Source of the DNA: a virus
Lineage: Duplodnaviria > Heunggongvirae > Uroviricota > Caudoviricetes > Peduoviridae
Virus record (IMG/VR): IMGVR_UViG_2541047772_000007
Reading direction: 5' to 3' (one strand)
Length of the DNA stretch: 34,407 nucleotides
Shown here: positions 1 to 9,381 of the stretch, one piece after another
Position numbering within the stretch: position 1 is the first letter of the stretch
How the letters are laid out: every line of letters starts with the position of its first letter
Notes under the pieces: generated by a model
The model's database searches: none
The model's input: only the letters and a program-made list of their open reading frames with translations
What the model was told of the DNA's origin: nothing
Made by a program: the position numbers and the translations under genes

Positions 1-1362
1 ATGTTTAAACCGGAACTCCTTTCCCCGGCGGGAACGCTGAAAAATATGCGTTACGCTTTCGCTTATGGCGCAGATGCTGTTTATGCGGGCCAGCCGCGTT
101 ACTCCCTGCGTGTGCGCAACAACGAATTTAACCACGAAAATCTCCAGCTCGGCATCAATGAAGCCCACGCGCTGGGGAAAAAGTTTTATGTCGTGGTCAA
201 CATTGCACCGCACAACGCCAAGCTGAAAACCTTTATCCGTGACCTGAAACCGGTGGTGGAAATGGGGCCGGATGCGCTGATTATGTCCGATCCAGGGCTG
301 ATTATGCTGGTGCGTGAGCACTTCCCTGAAATGCCGATCCATCTCTCGGTACAGGCTAACGCCGTGAACTGGGCGACGGTGAAATTCTGGCAGCAAATGG
401 GCCTGACCCGCGTGATCCTCTCTCGCGAGCTGTCGCTGGAAGAGATTGAAGAGATCCGCAATCAGGTGCCGGATATGGAGGTAGAGATCTTCGTTCACGG
501 CGCGCTGTGCATGGCCTACTCCGGTCGCTGCCTGCTCTCTGGCTATATCAACAAGCGCGACCCGAACCAGGGCACCTGCACCAACGCCTGCCGCTGGGAA
601 TACAACGTCCAGGAAGGGAAAGAAGATGACGTTGGCAACATCGTACACAAGTACGAGCCGATTCCGGTGCAAAATGTTGAGCCGACGCTGGGTATCGGCG
701 CACCAACCGACAAAGTGTTTATGATCGAAGAGGCCCAGCGTCCGGGCGAGTATATGACCGCGTTTGAAGATGAGCACGGCACTTACATCATGAACTCGAA
801 AGATCTGCGCGCCATCGCCCATGTAGAACGCCTGACCAAAATGGGAGTGCATTCGCTGAAAATCGAAGGCCGTACCAAATCTTTCTACTATTGCGCACGC
901 ACCGCGCAGGTTTACCGTAAAGCTATCGATGACGCAGCTGCGGGAAAACCATTCGATACCAGCCTGCTGGAAACTCTGGAAGGTCTGGCGCATCGTGGCT
1001 ATACCGAAGGTTTCCTGCGTCGTCATACTCACGACGATTATCAGAACTACGAATACGGTTATTCAGTTTCTGACCGCCAGCAGTTTGTTGGTGAGTTTAC
1101 CGGTGAGCGCAAGGGCGACCTCGCGGCGGTAGCGGTGAAAAATAAATTCTCCGTTGGTGACAGCCTTGAGCTGATGACGCCGCAAGGCAACATTAACTTT
1201 ACCCTTGAGCACATGGAAAACGCCAAAGGTGAAGCTATGCCGGTCGCACCAGGCGATGGTTATACTGTGTGGCTCCCGGTCCCGCAGGATCTTGAGCTAA
1301 ATTACGCGCTCCTGATGCGTAATTTCTCCGGGGAAACCACGCGTAACCCCCACGGTAAGTGA
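1..1362 (+). CDS. yegQ: U32-family peptidase YegQ (host gene)
   Basis: Full 453-aa ORF starting at window position 1; sequence recognised as E. coli YegQ (MFKPELLSPAGTLKNMRYAFAYGADAVYAGQPRY...). Host GC and codon usage. Confidence 0.9.
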   Translation: MFKPELLSPAGTLKNMRYAFAYGADAVYAGQPRYSLRVRNNEFNHENLQLGINEAHALGKKFYVVVNIAPHNAKLKTFIRDLKPVVEMGPDALIMSDPGLIMLVREHFPEMPIHLSVQANAVNWATVKFWQQMGLTRVILSRELSLEEIEEIRNQVPDMEVEIFVHGALCMAYSGRCLLSGYINKRDPNQGTCTNACRWEYNVQEGKEDDVGNIVHKYEPIPVQNVEPTLGIGAPTDKVFMIEEAQRPGEYMTAFEDEHGTYIMNSKDLRAIAHVERLTKMGVHSLKIEGRTKSFYYCARTAQVYRKAIDDAAAGKPFDTSLLETLEGLAHRGYTEGFLRRHTHDDYQNYEYGYSVSDRQQFVGEFTGERKGDLAAVAVKNKFSVGDSLELMTPQGNINFTLEHMENAKGEAMPVAPGDGYTVWLPVPQDLELNYALLMRNFSGETTRNPHGK

Positions 1363-1446
1363 TTAATTTCGATTATTTTTCCCGGATGGAAAATTCTTAG
1401 AAACCGATCACATACAGCTGCATTTATTAAGGTTATCATCCGTTTC

Positions 1447-1533
1447 GCTGAAAAACATAACCCATAAAATGCTAGCTGTACCAGGAACCACCTCCTTAGC
1501 CTGTGTAATCTCCCTTACACGGGCTTATTTTTT
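1447..1533 (+). ncRNA. cyaR: CyaR (RyeE) small RNA, intact copy; its 3' end forms the left attachment core
   Basis: Sequence GCTGAAAAACATAACCCATAAAATGCTAGCTGTACCAGGAACCACCTCCTTAGCCTGTGTAATCTCCCTTACACGGGCTTATTTTTT recognised as CyaR; ends in a hairpin plus T-run intrinsic terminator. Lies between yegQ and ogr as in E. coli K-12 (cyaR, then the ogrK remnant). Coordinates +/-2 nt. Confidence 0.8.
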
Positions 1534-1534
1534 A
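1507..1534. repeat. attL core: 28-bp direct repeat AATCTCCCTTACACGGGCTTATTTTTTA (3' end of cyaR)
   Basis: Identical 28-mer recurs at about 32592-32619 next to int. Read directly from the sequence; +/-1 nt. Confidence 0.8.
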
Positions 1535-1596
1535 CGCGTAATTCAATGAAATAAAAGGATTTATTTCTGGTCACGTCCACACATTGACCACATCGA

Positions 1597-1625
1597 CAAA
1601 AAAGCCCCTCGACTGAGGGGCTTTC
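1597..1625 (-). terminator. Intrinsic terminator downstream of ogr (hairpin AGCCCCTC-GACT-GAGGGGCT followed by a T-run on the minus strand)
   Basis: Perfect 8-bp stem with 4-nt loop immediately 3' of the ogr stop; the A-run on the plus strand is a U-run on the ogr transcript. Confidence 0.55.
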
Positions 1626-1634
1626 TGTTTGTAA

Positions 1635-1853
1635 TTACATCCACATAATTTGCTGCCCTGACGGTAACGGGTGCGGCCTTACGGCGTGGACTTCTCCCGG
1701 CTTCACGATGTATCGCTGTACCGACTCATAAGTGATGAACGTGGCGCTGCAATTCACGTTCTGGCACTGGTGATAACGCTCTTTTGTCGTGTCAGTGATA
1801 TAGCGACTTGTACGCGCATGTGCGGCATGCTGGCATAAAGGACAATGAAACAT
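1635..1853 (-). CDS. ogr: Late-gene transcriptional activator Ogr (zinc-finger, 72 aa)
   Basis: MFHCPLCQHAAHARTSRYITDTTKERYHQCQNVNCSATF... recognised as P2 Ogr. The track ORF (93 aa, TTG start) is trimmed to the ATG at residue 22 to give the P2 length of 72 aa. Confidence 0.9.
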   Translation of the reverse strand: MFHCPLCQHAAHARTSRYITDTTKERYHQCQNVNCSATFITYESVQRYIVKPGEVHAVRPHPLPSGQQIMWM

Positions 1854-1934
1854 CGCGAGCACCTCTTCCGGTTTTGTTGATGGTGCCATTTTAGTTAATT
1901 TATCCTTATAAAACAAACAGATAAATAAATTACA

Positions 1935-3098
1935 TCACTCATCATCTTCTGTTTCGTACTCCACATCAGAAAGCCTGACCTCAAGCTCTAAGGACGTCGT
2001 GAAGCCGCTATTATTCAGAAAATGTGTCACCTTAGTGATTGTCCAGTCCTGCTCGTCTATGACGCGCTTAAAGCCTGATACTTTAACCGGTGTTTCCGTG
2101 TAAATATCAGCACGACCGGTAGCCAGGCTGATGGAGAACTCCGCAACGCCCCGTTGCAGTTTATCCCACTTCGCCTGAGCGGCACGCATGGCCTGTGCTT
2201 TCGTGGCATATACCGTGGTCAGGGCAAAAACGTTGTCAGCCTCACCGGCCATGTATTCACCTTCGCGCGCTTCCGGTACTTTTGGCGCTTTCTTCTGCCT
2301 GACCGGTTTTGCTTTCGGGTGCTCCAGTGCGCGCAGGTGTTTTTCTTTCTTTTTGCGTTTCAGTTTTACCTTCTGCTTTTGCGGCTTCGGGTCTTTGGTG
2401 TGTAACCACTTTGCCGTTACGCCGGTATAGGCTCCACGGTCAGCAATCGCAAAATGATGGCGGTCGCCGTCGCTGCGGGTGATGGTGACCTGCGGGATTT
2501 TTTTACCGCTGGCCGTCACCCCCTGCCCCGCTTTGAGAAACAACAGTTTTCCCATTTTTACCGACACCTCACCGCCGTTGCGTTCTGCAAGACGGGTCAG
2601 GAATTTCGCATCAGACTCCTGCGACTGGTCGATGTGCGGGATTTTAATTCCGGCCAGTGACGGAGCGACACTGGCTTCCAGCCTGTTACGGGAGGCTATC
2701 GCCTCAACAATCGCACCGAGCGTGGTGTCATGCCAGGAGCCTTCCCGGCGGGAATTGAGCGTCCCGCGGAAATCTGCACTCCGAGCGCGGATGGTGACCA
2801 CATCCGGCGCGCCCCGGTGTTCAACCTCATCAACGGTGAATTTCCCTTTGCATACCAGGGCAAAACCTTTCCAGCCGATATACACCGTCAGGACAGCGCC
2901 ACGAACCGGCAGCCCGACCTGCCCGTCGGCATCGTTCAGTTCAATATCAAGCTGGTCAGCTTCAAAGCCCCGGTTATCCGTCAGAGTCATGCTCATCAGA
3001 CGGTCGCTGATATTGCCGGTAATATCCCTGCTGTCGAGCATCAGCATGTAATCCGGCGTCAGCGTACTGCCTGCATCAAATGTCAGCGCATCCAGCAT
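1935..3098 (-). CDS. D: P2 gpD-like tail/late protein (387 aa)
   Basis: Length and position (between U and ogr) match P2 D; lysine/proline-rich linker in the middle; start overlaps the U stop. Confidence 0.85.
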   Translation of the reverse strand: MLDALTFDAGSTLTPDYMLMLDSRDITGNISDRLMSMTLTDNRGFEADQLDIELNDADGQVGLPVRGAVLTVYIGWKGFALVCKGKFTVDEVEHRGAPDVVTIRARSADFRGTLNSRREGSWHDTTLGAIVEAIASRNRLEASVAPSLAGIKIPHIDQSQESDAKFLTRLAERNGGEVSVKMGKLLFLKAGQGVTASGKKIPQVTITRSDGDRHHFAIADRGAYTGVTAKWLHTKDPKPQKQKVKLKRKKKEKHLRALEHPKAKPVRQKKAPKVPEAREGEYMAGEADNVFALTTVYATKAQAMRAAQAKWDKLQRGVAEFSISLATGRADIYTETPVKVSGFKRVIDEQDWTITKVTHFLNNSGFTTSLELEVRLSDVEYETEDDE

Positions 3099-3577
3099 TA
3101 TCCCGCCCCCATCATACCTGTGAATCTGGTCGCCAGACTGCCGGCCTTACCGATGAGCGACTCCGCCTGTTTACCGATATCGCCATAAAGCGCGGCCAGT
3201 GATTCATCAACGCGGGTGAGCGACAGCGTAAAATCAATTTTCCGGGGTGTGCCGTCTGCAAAGAAAATACTCCCTGTTTCACTCACCTTGCTGATGACAT
3301 ACATACCGTAAATCATGCCGGTGCCATCCAGCAACGGCCACGCCCGGCCTTCCTCTGCCATCAGTCTGAGCGTGGTCATCGTCAGCTTGCCGCCGGTCAG
3401 TTCGGGATAAAGCACACCGGCAAGCGTGATGTTTTCCTCGCCCACACCGAGAAACTGAAAGGCATCCCGTTTACCGATACGGGAATTTGACGGCCAGCGA
3501 TAATCTGATTCACGCTGCATGGTCTGGTGTGGCAGCGTCTGGCGCATAAAAACAAACATACCTAACGCGAGCATCAT
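3098..3577 (-). CDS. U: P2 gpU-like tail protein (159 aa)
   Basis: Synteny downstream of T; length matches P2 U. Confidence 0.85.
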   Translation of the reverse strand: MMLALGMFVFMRQTLPHQTMQRESDYRWPSNSRIGKRDAFQFLGVGEENITLAGVLYPELTGGKLTMTTLRLMAEEGRAWPLLDGTGMIYGMYVISKVSETGSIFFADGTPRKIDFTLSLTRVDESLAALYGDIGKQAESLIGKAGSLATRFTGMMGAG

Positions 3578-3591
3578 TTTTCGTCACCTCC

Positions 3592-6039
3592 TTAACCGTC
3601 ATGCATCATGCTGGCACGGGCGCGCGCACGTTTATCCCGCTCGTATTTTTCGAGCGCATCCTGTAACTGGCAGTCGAGCTGAGTCCCCGGCGCAGTACCG
3701 CCCGTCAGACTGATGTGATATTCGTTTTTACTCTGGTCCACATAAGAGCGGCCAGCCGGTGCCGTAACCGGCTGATAAGCCTGATAGCCTGCATAAGAGC
3801 TGGTCGCCGGAATATAACCACCGGTGCCATACGTGGCGGCATGAGTTCTGGCGGCGGTCTGGTCAAGCGTGCCTGACTCTTTGTTGATAACACCGAGTTT
3901 TTCCAGTACCCAGTCAATACCGCTGCGCAGTTTGTTGAACGCATTAAGCGGCAGCATCAACGCGTCAGCCAGTGCCTGCCCGAACATGACGCCTGTATCA
4001 CGGCAACGGTTCAGGGTGTCCCGGGTGGCTTTGACCGGGGCAATCAGGTTTTTAAACCACTGCCACGCGGCCTGTAACTTTTCGCCCAGCCAGTCAAACA
4101 CCGGCTTAAGTGGCGTGAACAGTTCCCCCACCGGCGCAAATGCCGCTTTCAGCCCTTCAACCACACCGCCAAAGAATGCGCTGACAGGCTCCCAGTATTT
4201 ACGGATAAGTAACGCCCCGGCGACAATGGCGGCCACCACGGCCACAACCGGCCAGCTAATCGCCCCGATGGCCGTCATAACAGCACTGCCAACCGTCGTG
4301 AAGATTGCTCCCATTGCGCCTGCTGCCGCGATGATGGCATTGATGCCGGTGATAACCGGCCAGGCTACGAGGCCAATGGCACCGATGATGCCAGTCAGCA
4401 CCAGTGCACCGCCGGCAATGATGCCGATGGTTGACGCCAGTGATTTGTTTTTCTGTATCCAGCCGTCGAGTTTTAACACATACTTTGTGGCCGTCTGCGT
4501 GAGCTTACGCAGTGCGCCTTCCTGCTGGTCAAACAGGTCAGTCCCTACCGCCTCATAAGCGGACTGAAACTCCTTAAAGTCACCGCCGAGGTTGTCCTGC
4601 ATGATATTTACCAGCTCAGCGGTCTTCCCGTCTGAGGCTTTAAACGCAGCGGTCAGTTTGTCCAGATTTCCAGTTGAGGCGGCAGTCATCAGCACGGCGG
4701 CGGCTGAGCTGGCCTCCTCCCCGAAAATAGTTTTCATGTATTCAGCCTGCTGGGCAGTACCGAGCCGGTTTTTCTCAAAACTGGCCTGCATTTCTTTCAG
4801 AATGGTAAATACTGGTCGGGTGTTTCCCTTGCTGTCTGAGGTTTTCACACCAAGCTCTTTGAGTGCATCCCATGCTTTTCCCGTCGGTGCCTGCAGGCGG
4901 CTTAACACGGCACGGCTTCCCGTCCCCGCCATTGAACCAGTAATTTTTGCGTCATGCAGCGCCCCGACCATTGCGGCGGTTTCTTCAATGCTGACACCGG
5001 CATTTTTTGCCACTGGTGCGGCATAGGTCAGCGCATCGCTCATACCGTCAAAATCGGCGGCGGTTTTGTTCATCGTCATGGAGAGAACATCCCCGATATG
5101 AGCGACCTTATCGTTTGAAAGCTGAAAGGCGGATTTCATCCCCATCAGCAGGGCGGCGTTTTCTTCCATCGTGCGACGGTTCGCCAGCGCCATATTCAGC
5201 GTGACCGGCGTTGCCGCCTGAATGGCATCAACATCCCCACCGGCTTTCGCAATAATAATCTGCGCACCGGCTGCATCATCTGCCGAGGCTGCGGTATTGT
5301 CGCCGAGCTGGCGCGCCTGCTTGCGGAGTGCGGTCATTTCGGCGGAGTCTTTTGCCACACCGAGCACGGCCTGTAATTCTGAGTTTTTCTGCGCAAACTC
5401 ATAACCGGGCATCAGCAACTTAACTCCGGCCATCGTTCCCGCAGCAGCAATCCCCACACCGGCAGCGCCCACTGAGGCCATATTTCCGGCCAGCTCCTTT
5501 CCTGCCTGATAACGCTGTTTTACTGCGTTAAGTTTTGCCTGTTGCGCACTGACACGCGCCAGCGCGTCACGCTGCCGGTTAAGCTGTGCGGTGGTTTCAC
5601 TGATACGGTTTTTCAGCCCCTGCTCATCATGTGCAAGATTGCGGGTATTAATTCCCACAGCGGCCAGTTCCCGCTGCTGGCGTTTAACGGAATCCGTCAG
5701 GCGGTTATATTTCGCCTGTAAGTCCTCCGCCGCACGCTTTGCGGATTCCAGCACTTTCGCCTGAGCACGGGTCGGACGTTCAGTGTTTTTAAACTGTGTG
5801 GCAAGGGCTTCGGCCTCCTGCCGTGCCTTTTCAAGTGCATGACCAGTCACGGCGAGCTGTGCGCTGGTCTTGCGAAATCCCTCAATACGGGATGCGTGAC
5901 CGTTCAGCTCGCGCAGTGATTTTTGTGTTTCCCGGATATCCCCCGACAGCGACTTGCTCGCTGTGCGGATGGATTTAAACGGGCGGGATGCCTGGTCAAC
6001 AGCCCTGAGCAATACCTGTAATTTTACATTGTTACTCAT
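3592..6039 (-). CDS. T: Tail tape measure protein (815 aa)
   Basis: 815 aa, Ala/Gly-rich with a hydrophobic central segment and coiled-coil N-terminus; located after E/E' as in P2. Confidence 0.9.
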   Translation of the reverse strand: MSNNVKLQVLLRAVDQASRPFKSIRTASKSLSGDIRETQKSLRELNGHASRIEGFRKTSAQLAVTGHALEKARQEAEALATQFKNTERPTRAQAKVLESAKRAAEDLQAKYNRLTDSVKRQQRELAAVGINTRNLAHDEQGLKNRISETTAQLNRQRDALARVSAQQAKLNAVKQRYQAGKELAGNMASVGAAGVGIAAAGTMAGVKLLMPGYEFAQKNSELQAVLGVAKDSAEMTALRKQARQLGDNTAASADDAAGAQIIIAKAGGDVDAIQAATPVTLNMALANRRTMEENAALLMGMKSAFQLSNDKVAHIGDVLSMTMNKTAADFDGMSDALTYAAPVAKNAGVSIEETAAMVGALHDAKITGSMAGTGSRAVLSRLQAPTGKAWDALKELGVKTSDSKGNTRPVFTILKEMQASFEKNRLGTAQQAEYMKTIFGEEASSAAAVLMTAASTGNLDKLTAAFKASDGKTAELVNIMQDNLGGDFKEFQSAYEAVGTDLFDQQEGALRKLTQTATKYVLKLDGWIQKNKSLASTIGIIAGGALVLTGIIGAIGLVAWPVITGINAIIAAAGAMGAIFTTVGSAVMTAIGAISWPVVAVVAAIVAGALLIRKYWEPVSAFFGGVVEGLKAAFAPVGELFTPLKPVFDWLGEKLQAAWQWFKNLIAPVKATRDTLNRCRDTGVMFGQALADALMLPLNAFNKLRSGIDWVLEKLGVINKESGTLDQTAARTHAATYGTGGYIPATSSYAGYQAYQPVTAPAGRSYVDQSKNEYHISLTGGTAPGTQLDCQLQDALEKYERDKRARARASMMHDG

Positions 6040-6459
6040 TCGTGTTTCCGCTTCGCCGGAGCGCCTTTTCGCGCCATGTGATGAGTTCGGTCAGGCTCAT
6101 GGGATACAGTTCTGATGGCGGCCAGTGAAATATCACTGCCACATCCGCCATCAGGTCATCGACCGACAGATTTTTCGGGAACGTTACTGCACCGAGTTCG
6201 GCGACAAAAAACCGACCACCTTACCGGCCAGCGCCACAAGGTCAGGCAGTTCCAGCGCGGCGACTTCCTGCTCGGTCAGCATCGGTGCCGTCATGCGCGG
6301 CAGCACCTTAATCAGTGCATCGACTTCTGAGTTTGCGACCGCAGCCAGACTGACACCGCGCAGCGTCCCCGCACTGGGTTTCATCAGCGTGACCTGTTCG
6401 ATAACCTGCTCACCACGCTTGACCGGATTGTCCAGGGTAATGACATTTTCTTTGTTCAT
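6032..6459 (-). CDS. E+E' tail assembly chaperone produced by a programmed -1 frameshift (about 141-142 aa)
   Basis: After the T6G slippery site (plus-strand about 6205-6213) the -1 frame stays open for about 58 codons (...MADVAVIFHWPPSELYPMSLTELITWREKALRRSGNTNE) and stops at 6032-6034, overlapping the T start codon. This matches the known P2 E/E' arrangement. Confidence 0.75.
6184..6459 (-). CDS. E: Tail assembly chaperone E (91 aa)
   Basis: 91 aa ending ...GKVVGFLSPNSVQ; contains the GGTTTTTTG slippery heptamer near its 3' end. Confidence 0.9.
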   Translation of the reverse strand: MNKENVITLDNPVKRGEQVIEQVTLMKPSAGTLRGVSLAAVANSEVDALIKVLPRMTAPMLTEQEVAALELPDLVALAGKVVGFLSPNSVQ

Positions 6460-6515
6460 GGTTTTCTCACTTCTGAATCAGGGTTAACCGGTCAGCCAGG
6501 CTGACCGGATGAAAA

Positions 6516-7034
6516 TCACAGGCCGATATTTCGGCGGTGTTGCTCCAGCCGGTCGACGCCGTTCACCTTCTCAATCATGTTGATGGTGTCGATTTCGACC
6601 AGCTCCTTACCGTCCATCGTCAGCCGGAAATAGGTGCAGACCACGGAGATTTTCGACTCGGTGTCTTCTCCCTGTTTACCCTCGCCGGTATCGATTTCTT
6701 TCTGACGTCCACGCATGACCACTTCGACGGCCACCGTTTCGCCGGTATCGTCGCGCTGGTAAGAGCCTGCAAAACGAATCGGCACGGCATCCACACCGGT
6801 TGCGGCGTAAAGCTCCCAGATAACCGAATCCGGGAAGCCCCCGAGCGACCACTCCATTGACAGCGCATCGTCATCAAGGCCGAGGTCTACCGGTGCGCTG
6901 CCGTTCATCCCCGCACCGCGATAGTTTTCGAGCTTACGGGTCAGTTTTGGTAGCGTGACGGACTTCGCGACGCCCTGATAGCTGTAGCCGTTCAGAAAGA
7001 CGTTCATTAACTTGAGTTTGCGCGGCATTGCCAT
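6516..7034 (-). CDS. FII: Tail tube protein FII (172 aa)
   Basis: Length and synteny with P2 FII, directly downstream of FI. Confidence 0.9.
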   Translation of the reverse strand: MAMPRKLKLMNVFLNGYSYQGVAKSVTLPKLTRKLENYRGAGMNGSAPVDLGLDDDALSMEWSLGGFPDSVIWELYAATGVDAVPIRFAGSYQRDDTGETVAVEVVMRGRQKEIDTGEGKQGEDTESKISVVCTYFRLTMDGKELVEIDTINMIEKVNGVDRLEQHRRNIGL

Positions 7035-7046
7035 CGGTCAGGCTCC

Positions 7047-8237
7047 TTAATTGCTGTTAACCGAGGTGACCAGATTTGCCAGGTATTTATCGGTAATACG
7101 CTGGCGCAGGGTCAGGTTTTCAAGAGGAGGCACCGGTGTATAGTCGTAGTCGATATACAGTTTTCCGGCCTTGAGGGTTTCCGCATCGTTGGATTCTTCA
7201 CTGAACCAGCAGGTCGCATCCACGATATAGCCGTTTGTTTTCAGCTCTCGGAATTTGGCATTGATGCCGTCAACGATGTCGCGAATCAGCGTTGCGGTGA
7301 TGGGCTTGTCCACCGCCCACATGTGCGCCTCAGCCATCGTGTCGGCCAGCACCTGCGCGGTGCGGGTGTAGTTTTCAAAGAGGAACAGCGGGTCATCAGA
7401 GCAGGTACGGTTACCCCAGAAGCGGAAACCGTCACGACGAATCAGCGTTGTGACGCCTGACTCGTTCAGCAGGTCAGCATCGGTGCCGGACTCCTGCAAA
7501 TCCCAGAATACAGATGCGCTGATGCCGGTAACACCGTTCACCCCGACGTTGGACAGCGTTTTATGCCAGCCCTGCTCCTGGTCGATTTTAGAGCGCAGCC
7601 CCAGCGCACGGGCGGTGGCATACGCGGTGGCGGTGGTACTGGTGACAGTATCCCATGCGAGGAAATCCGGCCAGATGACCATCAGCTCACGCTGGCTGAA
7701 ATTCTGGCGGTAAGCTTTCACCTCGGAAATGGTTTTACATCCCCATGCGCTGATATACCCGAAAGCGCGCAGCTTCTGACAGACTGATGCCAGTGCAACA
7801 GCCACCTCTTTGGTATCCAGTCCCGGCACGCCGAGAATACGCGGTTTAACACCGGTTACCGACTCTGCCGCCAGCAGGGCTTTCAGTCCGGTATACTGAC
7901 CGTTTTCGTCGGTGGTGCCGATGATATTGGAAACGGTCTGCGCGAGTTTCGTTTCCTCGTCATCACCGGTGCCGTCTTCCACGCGCACGACAACGGTGAC
8001 CGGTTTTGACTGGTCTGCGATGGCCTGCAACGATGCCGCCAGCGTGCCTTTTTTACCGGCCTTTGCAATTGCGCTCTGCACATTGGTAATCAGCACAGGT
8101 TTATTGAGGGGGAAGGTTTCCGCATCCGCATCGCTGGCCGTGCAGATCATGCCGACAATGGCAGTGGATACGGTGGAAATGACGCGGGTGCCGTCGTTAA
8201 TCTCCAGCACCTGCACGCCGTGATGATAGTCACTCAT
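7047..8237 (-). CDS. FI: Contractile tail sheath protein FI (396 aa)
   Basis: 396 aa, same length as P2 FI; N-terminus MSDYHHGVQVLEINDGTRVI... is sheath-like. Confidence 0.9.
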   Translation of the reverse strand: MSDYHHGVQVLEINDGTRVISTVSTAIVGMICTASDADAETFPLNKPVLITNVQSAIAKAGKKGTLAASLQAIADQSKPVTVVVRVEDGTGDDEETKLAQTVSNIIGTTDENGQYTGLKALLAAESVTGVKPRILGVPGLDTKEVAVALASVCQKLRAFGYISAWGCKTISEVKAYRQNFSQRELMVIWPDFLAWDTVTSTTATAYATARALGLRSKIDQEQGWHKTLSNVGVNGVTGISASVFWDLQESGTDADLLNESGVTTLIRRDGFRFWGNRTCSDDPLFLFENYTRTAQVLADTMAEAHMWAVDKPITATLIRDIVDGINAKFRELKTNGYIVDATCWFSEESNDAETLKAGKLYIDYDYTPVPPLENLTLRQRITDKYLANLVTSVNSN

Positions 8238-8330
8238 CCGTTTAACTCCGTGGTTAATGGGTGCAACTATTTTCTGTTGTGCAGAGCATGAGACGCTATT
8301 TGACCTGGCTGGTCAGTGGATGAAACAACA

Positions 8331-8360
8331 GATAAAGAAAAGGCGGGCAATTCGCCCGCC
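8331..8360 (-). terminator. Putative intrinsic terminator downstream of the Z/fun-position moron
   Basis: GC-rich hairpin GGCGGGC-loop-GCCCGCC followed on the minus strand by a T-rich run; sits about 200 nt past the moron stop and before the FI start. Confidence 0.4.
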
Positions 8361-8566
8361 TGTCCTGATTTGAACTCACTCATTTTCCGACTGACAATTT
8401 ACATAGCCCAAAAGTTATCAAATCTGACGGTCTGCTTTGAACAAGAAGCGGACATTTGCCTGTCAGGGTATATGCCGCTCTGCGGTTATTATCCAGAATC
8501 AATAATTCATCTGAGTTGGATTACATATAAAACATAGTTACCCCATGAATAACCATTAGCAGATTA

Positions 8567-9160
8567 TCAATTATGTAAATCTTTTGTTTTATGTTCTTTG
8601 GCGTGTTGTGACAACAAATGGCTATAGCGTTTAAGCAAAATATTAGAAAGATTAAGCTCATTCATGAAGTGTTCTTCTAATAAGTAACCATCAATATCAA
8701 CTTTAATATCATTACCACTTTTCATCTTCTGTAACGTAGATTTTACACGCTCCAGCAGGATGCTTTGCTCATGGTAATAGTCCATAAGAAGAGTAACATC
8801 CTCTTTATCAAGCTTACTTAATTCGCTGAAGTAGGATTTAAACACTTTATCAGTCTGGTTTAATGCAATCTGTAAGCGAGGCCCCCCTAATGATTTGACA
8901 TTAATGGCAAAAGGCTCGCCAACAAAATGCTCCGAATTTTCGTCAAAGCCAATATATCTCGTTTTATCAAGAAAAGTGAGAGCGCGATGGTTATTAGCGA
9001 TTTCATATGCAAACATTGTTCTGATACTGTCCCTCTCAGCCTCCATGCTTATATCATCACGATGATTTGTATAAAATATATTTCCAACAAAGAGAACCAT
9101 AGCAAGAATCACTGAACTTGCCTCCCAGTTAATATTTTTTAATCGTCGCTTAGTAAACAT
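8567..9160 (-). CDS. Hypothetical membrane-anchored protein (197 aa), moron at the Z/fun position between G and FI
   Basis: ATG start preceded by an AAGGTG Shine-Dalgarno; N-terminal basic stretch plus one hydrophobic helix (SSVILAMVLFVGNIFY); strongly AT-rich compared with flanking phage genes; flanked by AT-rich intergenic regions. No family recognised. Confidence 0.7.
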   Translation of the reverse strand: MFTKRRLKNINWEASSVILAMVLFVGNIFYTNHRDDISMEAERDSIRTMFAYEIANNHRALTFLDKTRYIGFDENSEHFVGEPFAINVKSLGGPRLQIALNQTDKVFKSYFSELSKLDKEDVTLLMDYYHEQSILLERVKSTLQKMKSGNDIKVDIDGYLLEEHFMNELNLSNILLKRYSHLLSQHAKEHKTKDLHN

Positions 9161-9381
9161 ACCGCACCTTAATTATCAAAAATATTCCTTCAGTGTTATC
9201 TGGTTAGCCTAAACCAAGTCATTAAAGTCTGCAGGATATCATATACATAAAATGTATTGATTAGAATTTGCACTAATAAAATAATGCTTTACTAAAATCT
9301 ACTCCAGACACAGAGCGGCCTGTCAGATTAGGCTTTACTCTGTGCCATAGATATGTTTGCTCACTCCAGAGATCATACAAC

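Noticed and set aside
2154-5404. Numerous plus-strand ORFs of 60-230 aa overlapping D, U and T (for example 2479-3051, 2730-3188, 3869-4558, 4592-5026)
   Set aside because: They lie antisense within long, well-supported P2-homologous genes, have biased low-complexity composition (Ser/Ala/Pro/Arg-rich) typical of shadow frames in GC-rich coding DNA, and lack convincing ribosome-binding sites.
9161-9381. Possible terminator hairpin (CACAGAG ... CTCTGTG) downstream of G
   Set aside because: The stem is short and the loop is about 27 nt, too weak to call; the region is probably just the AT-rich promoter and spacer of the moron.
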